Assembly: GCA_047285805.1 (NCBI GenBank)
Contig: JBJBCN010000003.1
Coordinates: 832,001-896,000 of the forward strand
Length of the DNA stretch: 64,000 nt
From: Synechococcus sp.
GTDB taxonomy: Bacteria; Cyanobacteriota; Cyanobacteriia; PCC-6307; Cyanobiaceae
Direction: 5' to 3'
Position numbers and translations under genes: made by a program
Shown: one piece after another, positions 13,794-23,507 of the stretch
Position numbering within the stretch: position 1 is the first letter of the stretch
Layout: each line of letters begins with the position of its first letter
Notes under the pieces: model-generated
Told to the model about the DNA's origin: nothing
What the model saw: the letters and a program-made list of their open reading frames with translations, nothing else
Databases searched by the model: none

Positions 13794-14526
13794 CTCGAGG
13801 ATTCAGGCTGCCGTAATCACTAATCCTCGCAAAGCGTCCGGGTTCGCGGTCGGGGTTGCCTTCGCGATCGCTGAAGAGGGTCTTCATTCCGGCTGCATCT
13901 GCGGCTTCCAGTTCCTGAATGGCGTCACTAATGAAGAGCACATTGGATGGAGTTGTCTTCATCTCTGCAGCGATAGCCAGATAACTCTGCTGTGCTTGTT
14001 TCGGCCCCGTCTTGGTGTCAAACCAGTGGCTAAAGAGCCCGGTCAAGTCTCCCGCAAGGCAGTGGCCATACAGCAACTTTTGGGCGGGCACGGAGCCCGA
14101 CGAATACACCGCAAGCGTGAATCCATCGTCGTGCCAGCGCTTTAGGGCTACTGGAACATCGGCAAATAGAGGTGCGATTAATTCCCCTGAGGCGTAGCCG
14201 AATCGCCAAATGCGTCCTTGGAGATCTTTCAGGGGCGTCAACTTGACGTCCCGCCCAATCAGTTGCCTGAGGTATTGGCTCAGAGCTTGTACTGAGAGCG
14301 TTGAAGCGGTGTCCTGCTGTTGCAGAAAAGCTCTCGCATCCGGATGCTCGTCCTCTCGCCACGCTACCTCCACATCCTGCATCAGCTTCGCGATGTCGGC
14401 GTTCCCCTGATGCGCTTCCAGGTAAGGCTCAAGAAACGCGCTCGCATAGGGGAAGAGCACCTCGGAGACAAATCTCGCTGGGCACGTCGTTCCCTCGATG
14501 TCCAGCAGGACGTGGCTAACGCTCAT
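13783..14526 (-). CDS. mtnC: Enolase-phosphatase E1 (acireductone synthase)
   Basis: LLDIEGTT, VLFPYA, LKDLQGRIW, YSSGSVPAQKLL, LFISD motifs. Confidence 0.95.
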   Translation of the reverse strand: MSVSHVLLDIEGTTCPARFVSEVLFPYASAFLEPYLEAHQGNADIAKLMQDVEVAWREDEHPDARAFLQQQDTASTLSVQALSQYLRQLIGRDVKLTPLKDLQGRIWRFGYASGELIAPLFADVPVALKRWHDDGFTLAVYSSGSVPAQKLLYGHCLAGDLTGLFSHWFDTKTGPKQAQQSYLAIAAEMKTTPSNVLFISDAIQELEAADAAGMKTLFSDREGNPDREPGRFARISDYGSLNPRDGF

Positions 14527-14529
14527 CGC

Positions 14530-15162
14530 TTATTTGGCCTGGATGGACTCCAATAGCAGTTGGCGCCAGCGCTGCTCCAGGAGGAACTCCAGGATTTCCA
14601 GGTGACGCATCGCGCTGCCAAGGTTTCGGCCCCAGGCATACAGGCCATGGCCGGCGATCAGTAGACCATGGGGGGCATCTCTTAAGAGCGCTCTGGCTTG
14701 GGTCGAGAGTTCTGCGAGGTTCTGGTTGTTGGCCAGAACGGGAACATCCACGGAGCAGTGGTGGGTCTTGATGCCGTCGAGGCCCTTCAACATCTCCAGG
14801 CCGCTCAGCACAAGCCGTCCCTGACGACAGGCCCACTGAGATAACAGCGTTCCCGCTTGGGAGTGGGTATGTAGGACCGCACCTGCTCCGCTGGTTTTCA
14901 CGATTTCCAGGTGCAGAGCCGTCTCGGCGCTCGCCTTCCCGTTGCCCAAGACCACGTGGCCTTCACGGTTCACCTGAATCAGGTCGATGGGGGCGACCGA
15001 CCCCTTGTGCACGCCGCTTGGGGCCATCAACAGCCGAATGGGGTCGGTATCGAGGACGCAGCTGAAATTGCCTCCAGTCCCGTCGCACCAACCGCGGCGA
15101 TGGATCTCCCCCATAGCTCCGCATAACGCCTTGGCGAGGGCCGTCGTGTTGGCATCGGGCAT
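14530..15162 (-). CDS. mtnB: Methylthioribulose-1-phosphate dehydratase
   Basis: GTGGNFS, PSGVHKG, SAETALH, VLHTHS, EMLKG, GHGLYAWG; start may be 15162 or 15192. Confidence 0.95.
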   Translation of the reverse strand: MPDANTTALAKALCGAMGEIHRRGWCDGTGGNFSCVLDTDPIRLLMAPSGVHKGSVAPIDLIQVNREGHVVLGNGKASAETALHLEIVKTSGAGAVLHTHSQAGTLLSQWACRQGRLVLSGLEMLKGLDGIKTHHCSVDVPVLANNQNLAELSTQARALLRDAPHGLLIAGHGLYAWGRNLGSAMRHLEILEFLLEQRWRQLLLESIQAK

Positions 15163-15175
15163 CGGCACGTCCAAC

Positions 15176-16033
15176 TCAGGTGGCTTCCCCACCCTGGCAG
15201 GAGGGGCACCAGTGGCTGCTGCGGCCGCCTAACTTGTGACGTCGGATCGGTGTTCCGCAGACCCGGCAGGGTTCTCCGGTGCGCCGGTAGACCCAGGCTG
15301 CATTGCCGTAGTTCCCATTCGTGCCGCTCAGGTCACGGAAGTCGCTGAAGGTGGTCCCGCCGGCACCAATGCTCGTGGTCAGCACCTCCACCAGGGCCGT
15401 GTGCAGCCGCTCGAGTTGCTTTGGCTTTAGGGCCCCAGCCCGCTCCTCGGGAGCAATGCGGCTCATGAAGAGAGATTCATCCGCGTAGATGTTTCCCACG
15501 CCGGCCACCAGGGTTTGATCGAGCAAGGCCGTCTTGATCGCACGGCTCGATCCCTTGAGCTTCTCTTTCAGGTACTGCGGGGTGAATGCCGCGCTGAACG
15601 GTTCCGGTCCCAGGCGCTTCAGGCCGGTTATCACCGACTCCAGCGGTTCTCCGGGGGGCACCCACCACATCTCACCGAAGCTCCGCAGGTCGACAAAGCG
15701 CAGCTCCTGGCCTTGGGGATTCCAGAACCTCACCCGCGTGTGCCTGCAGGGATCCTTCGGGCTCTCCATCCAGAGGAATTGTCCGGTCATCCGCAGATGC
15801 ACGCCCCAATGGCCGGCCTCAGCCCCTGATCGTGTCAGGCGGGCCATCAAATATTTGCCCCGGCGAATCCACTGCTCCACACTGCAGCCCTCCAGGGCCG
15901 AGCAGAACTGCTCCGGGACGGGCGGTGAGGCAATCGCCCGAGCCCGCAAGACCTCAACCCGCTCAATCGTGAAGCCCTGGGTCTGGCGTCCCAGGCCCCG
16001 CCGCACCGTTTCCACTTCGGGGAGCTCTGGCAC
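15176..16033 (-). CDS. mutM: Formamidopyrimidine-DNA glycosylase
   Basis: PELPEVE N-terminus, HLRMTG, GVGNIYADE, C-terminal zinc finger. Confidence 0.98.
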   Translation of the reverse strand: MPELPEVETVRRGLGRQTQGFTIERVEVLRARAIASPPVPEQFCSALEGCSVEQWIRRGKYLMARLTRSGAEAGHWGVHLRMTGQFLWMESPKDPCRHTRVRFWNPQGQELRFVDLRSFGEMWWVPPGEPLESVITGLKRLGPEPFSAAFTPQYLKEKLKGSSRAIKTALLDQTLVAGVGNIYADESLFMSRIAPEERAGALKPKQLERLHTALVEVLTTSIGAGGTTFSDFRDLSGTNGNYGNAAWVYRRTGEPCRVCGTPIRRHKLGGRSSHWCPSCQGGEAT

Positions 16034-16085
16034 CCGTCGCCCCTGGAGAGATCATGGCCACAGACTGCCATGGAGCCCGAGACAG

Positions 16086-16115
16086 AAAAAACCCCGACCT
16101 GCTCAAAGGCCGGGG
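16086..16115 (-). terminator. Intrinsic terminator after psaE
   Basis: Minus strand CCCCGGCCT-TTGAGC-AGGTCGGGG-TTTTTT. Confidence 0.8.
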
Positions 16116-16140
16116 ATCGCTGGGAGCGTGATGCGGAGGG

Positions 16141-16350
16141 TCAGGCCTTCTCGAGTTCGCTCTCGGCGAAATTGTTGGTGTTGATGCCGCCTTCGGAGCC
16201 GCTGACGCCGTTGTAGTTCACCTTCTCGAAACGCACCACTACGGGGTAGCGGATGCCGGAGGTGTCGATGGAGGCAACGGTGCCCAGATCGTTGAACCAG
16301 TAGGACTCAGGACGCTTAATGCGCACCTTGTCACCGCGGGAGATGGCCAT
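16141..16350 (-). CDS. psaE: Photosystem I subunit IV
   Basis: [30 protein letters not shown]. Confidence 0.98.
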   Translation of the reverse strand: MAISRGDKVRIKRPESYWFNDLGTVASIDTSGIRYPVVVRFEKVNYNGVSGSEGGINTNNFAESELEKA

Positions 16351-16460
16351 CGCTGCGCTGTAAAGGGGTGGCTGTCATTGGGAATTTACCCGTAGCGGGA
16401 GTCCTGGAGGCTGGGCCGTCACGAAACGTGGCACCATCGATCTCCATCGAGCGTTTCCCC

Positions 16461-17504
16461 ATGGCCGAGGCCCCCACCTTCAGCCTCGACTTGCCAGATC
16501 CCGAGAGCGAAAGCATCAGCTCGATGGAGTTCATGGCTCGGATCGAGGAGGCCTGGGCGGTTTGCGACCGGTTCGACCTGCAGACCGAGATCTGGCGCGG
16601 CCGGATCCTCCGCAGCGTCCGGGACCGGGAGCGCCGCGGTGGCGATGCCCGCGGCGGCGGTTTCCTGCAGTGGTTGCGCGAGCAGGAGATCAGCAAGACC
16701 CGGGCCTATGCACTGATTCAGTTGGCGGAATCCGCTGATCAGATGCTCGGCGAAGGGGTCCTGGAGGAGACCAGCGTCAACAACTTCTCCAAGCGGGCCT
16801 TCATGGAGACGGCCCAGTCGGACCCCGAGGTGCAGCTGATGATCGGCGAGGCCGCTAACGACGGTCAGCAGATCACCCGCAAACAGGTTCGCCAGCTCAC
16901 CGATGAGTTCACCGCCGCCACGAGTCCCCTCCTGCCGGAGGAGATACGGCAACGCACGGCCGAGAACCTGCTGCCGCCGAAGGCCGTCGCGCCTCTCGTG
17001 AAGGAGCTCGCCAAGCTCCCCGACCAGCAGCAGGAGGATCTCCGCCAAGTCCTGCGGGATGAGCCCGAGCTCGAGCGGGTGAAGGACGTCACCAGCACGG
17101 CCCGTTGGCTCAGCAAAGCTTCCGAGGCCGGTCTGGCCGTTCGTGCCTTTCAACAGGGCGAGCTGGATCTGGACAAGGCCATGCAGGAGGCCCTCCGCCT
17201 GGATGCCTTGGGGCTTCTTTCGGATGCCGTCGGCCAAGCCCAAGCCTTGGAATCGTCCGTCCTCAAGCTCCACACCAGCTGGCGCCGACTCAATGGCTTG
17301 CAGGAGCGCCTCTGGGTGGAGAGTGGCAGCAGCACGCCTCACCTGCGAGAGCTGCTTACGGCTCTGCAAACCCTGAGTGGGAACACCATGCGGGTCTCCC
17401 TCGGTGAACTCGCCGGAGGGAAGCGTGTGCGGCTCCAGTTGGTTGAGGAGGCCCCCGATCAGCTCGATGCTCCCACCATTGCGGTGATGGCCCAGGCCGG
17501 CTGA
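16461..17504 (+). CDS. Conserved hypothetical helical protein with DUF3102-like N-terminal segment
   Basis: Coding-like 347 aa ORF from ATG 16461; GRILRSVRD...GGFLQWLREQEISKTRAYALIQLAE. Confidence 0.75.
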   Translation: MAEAPTFSLDLPDPESESISSMEFMARIEEAWAVCDRFDLQTEIWRGRILRSVRDRERRGGDARGGGFLQWLREQEISKTRAYALIQLAESADQMLGEGVLEETSVNNFSKRAFMETAQSDPEVQLMIGEAANDGQQITRKQVRQLTDEFTAATSPLLPEEIRQRTAENLLPPKAVAPLVKELAKLPDQQQEDLRQVLRDEPELERVKDVTSTARWLSKASEAGLAVRAFQQGELDLDKAMQEALRLDALGLLSDAVGQAQALESSVLKLHTSWRRLNGLQERLWVESGSSTPHLRELLTALQTLSGNTMRVSLGELAGGKRVRLQLVEEAPDQLDAPTIAVMAQAG

Positions 17505-17514
17505 GATCCGGTTG

Positions 17515-18999
17515 ATGAGCGATCTCCTCGAATCCGCCCTGCAGGAGCACTTCGGCTGGTCGGCCTTTCGTTCCGGCCAACGTCCCGTCATAGAAGCAAT
17601 GCTCGGCGGTCAGGACTGCCTAGCCGTGCTCCCGACGGGGGCGGGAAAATCGCTTTGCTATCAGCTGCCCGCCTTGGTCCGTGAGGGCCTCGTATTAGTC
17701 ATCTCACCGCTGGTGGCCTTGATGGAGGACCAGGTGCAGCATCTGCAGCGCCGCGGGATTCCGGCGGCCTGTCTGCACCGGGGCTTGGATACCGAGCGCC
17801 GGCGCGACCTGCTGAAGCGGGTCCGCAGCAACCGGCTGCGCCTGCTCTATCTGGCCCCGGAGCGGCTCCAGGTGGAGGCCACCCGGAGCTTGCTCGAAGA
17901 GATCCATGAGGAGGGGAAGTTGGTCGGGCTGGCCATCGACGAGGCCCACTGCATCAGCGCCTGGGGCCATGACTTCCGTCCGGATTACCGCCGCTTGGGC
18001 CAGTTGCGCCGTCTCTGCCCTGGGGTGCCCGTCGTGGCCCTCAGCGCCACGGCGGCCCCACGCGTCCGCGCCGATTTGATCCGTCTGTTGGAGCTCCGGC
18101 GCCCGCTCATTCAGGTTCGCTCCGCCCGGCGGGACAACCTCTCCTATGTGATGCGCCGCCGACCCAAGGACCCCTTGCCCCAGGTCCTCAAGGCGCTCGA
18201 GGAGGCCCGCGGGGCCGTCTTGATCTATGCCCGCACCCGGCGCTCTGTGGAGAGCTGGGCCAAGCGCCTGAGCGACAGTGGGGTCGAGGCCATCGCTTAT
18301 CACGCCGGCATGGATCCGGAGAGTCGAGCACTAGCCCTGACCCATTTCCAGGAGCACGAGATGCCGGTCCTGGTGGCCACTGTGGCCTTTGGTATGGGGG
18401 TGGATCGACCAGATGTGGGCCTCGTCTTGCACCTTGATCTCCCGGCAAGCGCCGAGGGCTATCTCCAGGAGTCGGGCCGCGCTGGGCGGGATGGTCTCCC
18501 GGCCCGCTGCCTCGTCCTGTTTCATCCCGATGACCGTTCCAGCCTGGCCTGGGCCATCCGCTCCTCAGCCGAGGAATATGGTGATCCCCAAGACCGCACC
18601 CGGGCGGAACTCTCCCAGCAGCAGCTACGCCGGATGGAGGCGGTTGCGGAGGGTGCCGGCTGCCGCGAGCAGGCCCTGTTGCTCTCCGTGGGTGAGCTCG
18701 TGCCCCCCTGCGGTCGCTGCGATCGCTGTAGCCAAACCCCCCGCTGGAAGGACTGGTCCGATCAAGCGTCCCAAGTTCTCGAACAGCTGGATCAGCGCAG
18801 TGGCGTTGACCTGCGCAGCCTTGGTGAGGAACTGGCGAAGGCGGAAGGGCATGAGGTGGACCAGTGGCGCTGGTTGGCGCGGCGCCTTGTCCAGGAGGAC
18901 CTCATCAGTGAGAGCGATGACGGCAGTCAGCGCCTCTGGCTCAGACCTGCGGGCCGCCGTTTCCTGCGACAGCCTTGGGTATTGAAGTTGGCGGCCTGA
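17515..18999 (+). CDS. recQ: RecQ-family ATP-dependent DNA helicase
   Basis: PTGAGKSLCYQLP, DEAHCISAWGHDFRPDY, ATVAFGMGVD, QESGRAGRDG, CGRCDRC. Confidence 0.97.
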   Translation: MSDLLESALQEHFGWSAFRSGQRPVIEAMLGGQDCLAVLPTGAGKSLCYQLPALVREGLVLVISPLVALMEDQVQHLQRRGIPAACLHRGLDTERRRDLLKRVRSNRLRLLYLAPERLQVEATRSLLEEIHEEGKLVGLAIDEAHCISAWGHDFRPDYRRLGQLRRLCPGVPVVALSATAAPRVRADLIRLLELRRPLIQVRSARRDNLSYVMRRRPKDPLPQVLKALEEARGAVLIYARTRRSVESWAKRLSDSGVEAIAYHAGMDPESRALALTHFQEHEMPVLVATVAFGMGVDRPDVGLVLHLDLPASAEGYLQESGRAGRDGLPARCLVLFHPDDRSSLAWAIRSSAEEYGDPQDRTRAELSQQQLRRMEAVAEGAGCREQALLLSVGELVPPCGRCDRCSQTPRWKDWSDQASQVLEQLDQRSGVDLRSLGEELAKAEGHEVDQWRWLARRLVQEDLISESDDGSQRLWLRPAGRRFLRQPWVLKLAA

Positions 19000-20097
19000 T
19001 CAGCCGGGCTTGGCCCTGCAGAGATCCGTGATCAGCTTCTGCTCAAAGTCGCTCTGGGGCGCATCCCAGGTTTTCCACGCCCCCGACTGGCCGGTGGCGT
19101 TCAGGCGCTTGGCGTTGCAGTTGATCGCCAGATACAGCGGTTGCCCTTGGCTATTGAGGCTCGGCGCCACGTAGCTGCCGCCCATGGACTGCCAATTGGC
19201 CCAATCCACCTGAAGGGGGCCGTAGCTGCGCCAGTCCGGAGTGCTGCCCGCTGCGGTTTTGCTCGAGGGCTTCGCTTTGGCCACTGCTGCCTTTGTGAAA
19301 GCTTGCTTGGCCTTCTTTTCGGGCTGAAAAGTCGTGGCGGTCGTTGCGGCGACCGTGGTGGCCACGGAGGGCTTGATCTTTACCGGCTTCGCCTTGGCGA
19401 CTTCGGTCTTGGTGACGGCGGGCTCCACTTGCTTAACGGGAGTTGTTGCTGCCACCACGGCGGTCTTGGGCTTCGGTTTGGCCACCACTGTCACCGCCGG
19501 CTTGGGCTTGGGCTTCGCCGCGACGGGTTTGGGCTTGGGCTTGCTGGTGCTGCGAAGGACCAGGGTGCTGCCAGCTATGACCTGGTTGGGGTTGTTGATG
19601 CCATTGATGGCAATCAGGCGCTGCATCGAAATGCCGTAGCGGTTGGAGATGCTCGAGAGGCTTTCACCAGGTTGGACCTTGTGAGTTTTGGCGTTTTGAT
19701 TTATGGCCACCCGTGGCAGGGCGCTGGCGCCCGGCACTTGAATGCGGCTGCCGGCCCAGAGGTCATTGGCGTCTCGAAGGCCATTCAGTCGAACGAGGCG
19801 ATTGACGCTAGTGCCGTAGCGGTCGGCGATTCCCGAGAGGGTCTCACCCGTTTTGACGGTGTAGTTGCCCGAGCTACCACCGCTGTAGACGTTGCCGGGC
19901 ACCTTGATGCTGCTGCCCGCCCAGAGGTCATTGGCATCGTGCAGACCGTTCATCTCCATCAGCCGATTGACCGAGGTCCCGTAGCGATCGGCTATTTCAG
20001 AGAGGGTTTCACCGCGCTTAACAACCACCTCGCCGGCCACTCCAGGAAGGGGGAGCAGAAGGGCCAGGGCTAAGGCGGCTGCAGTGCGGCGGCGCAT
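19000..20097 (-). CDS. Secreted LysM protein (3 LysM domains, Lys/Pro/Ala linker)
   Basis: Signal peptide MRRRTAAALAL; three V(K/Q)xGE(T/S)LSxIxxRYG repeats. Confidence 0.92.
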   Translation of the reverse strand: MRRRTAAALALALLLPLPGVAGEVVVKRGETLSEIADRYGTSVNRLMEMNGLHDANDLWAGSSIKVPGNVYSGGSSGNYTVKTGETLSGIADRYGTSVNRLVRLNGLRDANDLWAGSRIQVPGASALPRVAINQNAKTHKVQPGESLSSISNRYGISMQRLIAINGINNPNQVIAGSTLVLRSTSKPKPKPVAAKPKPKPAVTVVAKPKPKTAVVAATTPVKQVEPAVTKTEVAKAKPVKIKPSVATTVAATTATTFQPEKKAKQAFTKAAVAKAKPSSKTAAGSTPDWRSYGPLQVDWANWQSMGGSYVAPSLNSQGQPLYLAINCNAKRLNATGQSGAWKTWDAPQSDFEQKLITDLCRAKPG

Positions 20098-20182
20098 TTG
20101 GTCTAACAACGGTCGACTGGGCGCACCATACGGGGCCTGGAGGCGGGCGCTAGTCCCTCTCCGATAAGGCATGGAAATGGCT

Positions 20183-21586
20183 TCAGCCCAGCAGGCGACG
20201 CATCAGGGGTAGACGTCCGGCATAGGGGGGGTAGCGGAAGGGCAAATCCAGGGCAAAAGGCCGGTGCAGAACGCTGCGGCGGTGGGAAAACGTGTCGAAA
20301 CCGGCTTGGCCGTGATAAGCCCCCATGCCGCTGCCACCGACCCCTCCGAAGGGGAGTTCGGGAACCCCGACCTGCATCACGACATCGTTGAAGCAGACCC
20401 CACCGGAGCTGGTCTGCCGGAGCAAGGTCTCCTTGTGCTGATTGGAGCGGCTGAAGAGATACAGCGCGAGGGGTTTGGCGCGTTGGTTGATCCACTGGAT
20501 CGCCTGCTGCAAGTGATCCACCTCCAGCACCGGCAGCAGTGGGCCGAAGAGCTCCTCCTGCATAAGTGGATCTTCGGGATCACGGACCGCGATTACAGTT
20601 GGGGCGATGCGTCTCCGTTCCGGGTCGCAGCTCCCCCCAAGAAGGATCTGGCCCCGCTTTCGGGCTTGCTCCAGCAGTCCACTGAGCCGCTGGTACTGGG
20701 CGGCATTGACGATGGAGGCCAAGTCGCATGAGTGAAGAGGCTCCTCGCCAAAGCACGCCGTGATGCGTTCCCCCAGCGCCTGTACCAAGGCCCCGCGGGT
20801 GCTGCGCTCAACCAGGAGATAGTCCGGGGCGATGCAGGTCTGACCGGCATTCAGGCACTTGCCCCAGACCAGTCGGCGACTGGTGACCTCGAGGTCCGCG
20901 TCGCTGAGGACCACCGCAGGGCTTTTGCCGCCTAGCTCCAGGGTGACCGGGGTGAGGTGCTGCGCTGCGGCACCCATCACAACTTTGCCGATGCGCTCGC
21001 CACCGGTGAAAAAGATGTGATCAAACCGCTCAGCCAACAGGGCCTGGGCGGTGCTCCCGTCCCCTTGCACCACCTGTACGATCTCCGAAGGGAAGGCGTG
21101 GGCGATCAAAGCGCTGATCAACTGGGCGGTAGCCGGCGCGTGCTCGGAGGGTTTAAGGATTGCGGTGTTCCCAGCCGCCAGAGCGCTCACGAGGGGCTGA
21201 ATCGCAAGGTGGAACGGGTAATTCCAGGGGCCAATGATCAGGACACAGCCCAACGGCTCACTGATGACCTCAGCCCGTCCTGGCCGTTGGCTCATGGGCA
21301 CGCTGACTGTCTTGGGGGCCATCCAACGCCGCAGTCGCTTGCGGCATAGGTTGATCTCCTGGCGAATCGCGACGACCTCGAAGTAGGCCTCAACATCGGG
21401 CTTGCCCAGGTCGCTGGCCAGAGCAGCCAGCACGGCATCACTGTTGGCGCTGAGGGCGGACTCGAGGCGATCCAGCTGCTCCAGGCGCCACTGCAGGGGG
21501 CGACTTTTGCCATCGCTGACCAGTTGTCGCATCGCGGCGATGGTTGTAGTCAGCTGGAGCACAGGACAAGAGAAGCGCCTGTGCAC
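20183..21586 (-). CDS. Aldehyde dehydrogenase (ALDH3-like)
   Basis: PWNYP, FFTGG, LELGGKSP, NAGQTCIAPDY, EELFGP, LPFGGVG; start approximate. Confidence 0.95.
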   Translation of the reverse strand: MHRRFSCPVLQLTTTIAAMRQLVSDGKSRPLQWRLEQLDRLESALSANSDAVLAALASDLGKPDVEAYFEVVAIRQEINLCRKRLRRWMAPKTVSVPMSQRPGRAEVISEPLGCVLIIGPWNYPFHLAIQPLVSALAAGNTAILKPSEHAPATAQLISALIAHAFPSEIVQVVQGDGSTAQALLAERFDHIFFTGGERIGKVVMGAAAQHLTPVTLELGGKSPAVVLSDADLEVTSRRLVWGKCLNAGQTCIAPDYLLVERSTRGALVQALGERITACFGEEPLHSCDLASIVNAAQYQRLSGLLEQARKRGQILLGGSCDPERRRIAPTVIAVRDPEDPLMQEELFGPLLPVLEVDHLQQAIQWINQRAKPLALYLFSRSNQHKETLLRQTSSGGVCFNDVVMQVGVPELPFGGVGGSGMGAYHGQAGFDTFSHRRSVLHRPFALDLPFRYPPYAGRLPLMRRLLG

Positions 21587-21614
21587 CCTATGGACAACGG
21601 CGAAAATCCCGTGG

Positions 21615-21851
21615 TTAGGGATTCTTCAGGAAGCCCTTGCTTGGTGCCTTCTCTGCGGTGGTCGTGGTGACTTGGGCGGCTGAGATTTTGGCTTCGATCC
21701 AGCGGGACAGGACATAGATGCCGATGAACATCGGCACGTAGATCACCCCAGCGCTGCGCTGGTCCAAATCCAACTGGCTGACCACGGCGACGCCTGCGCT
21801 GCTCAGCGCGAAGTAAATCAAGACTCGGCGCAGAGCGAGCGACTTCAGCAT
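21615..21851 (-). CDS. Small hypothetical two-TM membrane protein
   Basis: 78 aa ATG ORF with two hydrophobic segments. Confidence 0.65.
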   Translation of the reverse strand: MLKSLALRRVLIYFALSSAGVAVVSQLDLDQRSAGVIYVPMFIGIYVLSRWIEAKISAAQVTTTTAEKAPSKGFLKNP

Positions 21852-22114
21852 CCGTTGGGGGCCTGTGGGGTCTTCAGCATTTCATGCGCGCGGATGCTAG
21901 GGCGCCCCTGGTCCACAGAAACCCGTGTGTTTTCTTCTCCAGGCTCCCTCTGATTGCAAGAAGGTTTCATTCAATAAGGGCCTTGTGATTAGTGGGCGCA
22001 AATGCTGCGGTCTTCGTGGCAAGACAGCTGGTGGGTCAACGGAGGGCCAAGGCGATTTGGGAGCCGGAAGGTGTAGTCCAGAGCGAACAATCCATTTGTC
22101 CCCTTCACAGGCAC

Positions 22115-22138
22115 AAAAAAACCGGCTCATGAGCCGGT
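22115..22138 (-). terminator. Terminator after tRNA-Tyr/Thr
   Basis: Perfect palindrome ACCGGCTCATGAGCCGGT followed by a T run on the minus strand. Confidence 0.85.
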
Positions 22139-22181
22139 GGGGTGACAAGTCTTGTGCCGCTTGACTTGTCGGTGTTTTGGA

Positions 22182-22253
<72 letters not shown>

Positions 22254-22263
22254 ATGTGGAAGG

Positions 22264-22345
22264 TGGGCCGGGTTGGATTTGAACCAACGTAGGCAGAGCC
22301 AGCGGATTTACAGTCCGCCCCCATTAACCACTCGGGCACCGACCC
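22264..22345 (-). tRNA. tRNA-Tyr(GTA)
   Basis: GGGTCGG/CCGGCCC acceptor stem, CGGACTGTAAATCCG anticodon arm, long variable arm. Confidence 0.97.
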
Positions 22346-22437
22346 GAACCACACCCCAAGAACTTACCAGCCGGTGGGGCCCTTCTAGGCACTCTCCCTA
22401 CGATCGCCGCAGTGGACCTTGACCTTGGCTGGCTCCG

Positions 22438-22878
22438 ATGCACCTGCTGTTGCTGAACGGCCCCAACCTCAACCTGTTGGGGCAGCGCGAGCCGGGGCTC
22501 TACGGCGCTGACACCTTGGAGGTCATCGAGAAGCGACTGAGCGCTGAAGCCGGTGATCTGGGCGTTGCGCTCACCTGCTTCCAGAGCAACCACGAGGGGG
22601 GCCTCGTGGACCGGATCCATCAGGCCCGCGGTCAGGTGGATGGGATCTTGATTAACGCCGGGGCCTTCACCCATACATCCGTTGCGTTGCGGGATGCCCT
22701 GCTGGGGGTCGCGATTCCTTATGTGGAGCTTCATCTGAGTAACGTCCATGCCCGCGAGGCCTTCCGCCATCACTCCTATCTGGCGGATCAGGCGCTGGGG
22801 GTGATCAGCGGCTTTGGTCCGGCCAGCTACTCCCTCGCGCTGCAGGGTTTGGTGACCAAGTTGCGGGCCGCGTCATGA
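22438..22878 (+). CDS. aroQ: Type II 3-dehydroquinate dehydratase
   Basis: [41 protein letters not shown]. Confidence 0.97.
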   Translation: MHLLLLNGPNLNLLGQREPGLYGADTLEVIEKRLSAEAGDLGVALTCFQSNHEGGLVDRIHQARGQVDGILINAGAFTHTSVALRDALLGVAIPYVELHLSNVHAREAFRHHSYLADQALGVISGFGPASYSLALQGLVTKLRAAS

Positions 22879-23507
22879 CGGTGGTCATGGAGAGCCAGAC
22901 GGCGCGGGTCAAGTGGTTGGCGGCCCCGAGTTCGCAGGCCTGGTTGGAGCAGGCCGTGGCGCGCCCGGATTTGGTCTTGATCGACCACGCCCATTGCGAG
23001 CGCAAGGCGGCCGGTGTGGCCCTCCAGTTGATGTTTCGCTACCCCTCCGATGAGCAATTGGGGGAGCGACTGAGTGCCCTGGCGCGAGAAGAATTAGAGC
23101 ACTTTGAGCAGGTCCTGGCCCTGCTGCAGCGTCGCGGCATTCCCTTGAAGCCGCTACCTGCCCCCGCCTATGGCTCCAGCCTGATGGCCGAGGTCTGCAA
23201 GGCTGAGCCGCAACGGATGCTCGACACCTTTTTGGTGGCCGGCCTGATCGAGGCCCGCAGCCATGAGCGCATGGCCTTGCTGGCGGCCGAGAGCCCTGAC
23301 CCTGAGCTTCAGGCGCTGTACGGGGAACTTCTCGCCAGCGAGGCGCGGCACTTCGGTCTGTATTGGGTGCTTTGCGAGCAGCGTTTCGGACGCGAGGTCA
23401 CCGTGGAGCGGCTTCAGGAGTTGGCGGCCGTTGAAGCCCAGGCCCTCAGCGGCAGCTTGGAGCGTCCTGACCTGGTGCGGATGCACTCGGTGGGAATCGG
23501 GGATTAG
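22875..23507 (+). CDS. miaE: tRNA-(ms2io6A) hydroxylase
   Basis: [30 protein letters not shown] di-iron motifs. Confidence 0.93.
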   Translation: MTVVMESQTARVKWLAAPSSQAWLEQAVARPDLVLIDHAHCERKAAGVALQLMFRYPSDEQLGERLSALAREELEHFEQVLALLQRRGIPLKPLPAPAYGSSLMAEVCKAEPQRMLDTFLVAGLIEARSHERMALLAAESPDPELQALYGELLASEARHFGLYWVLCEQRFGREVTVERLQELAAVEAQALSGSLERPDLVRMHSVGIGD

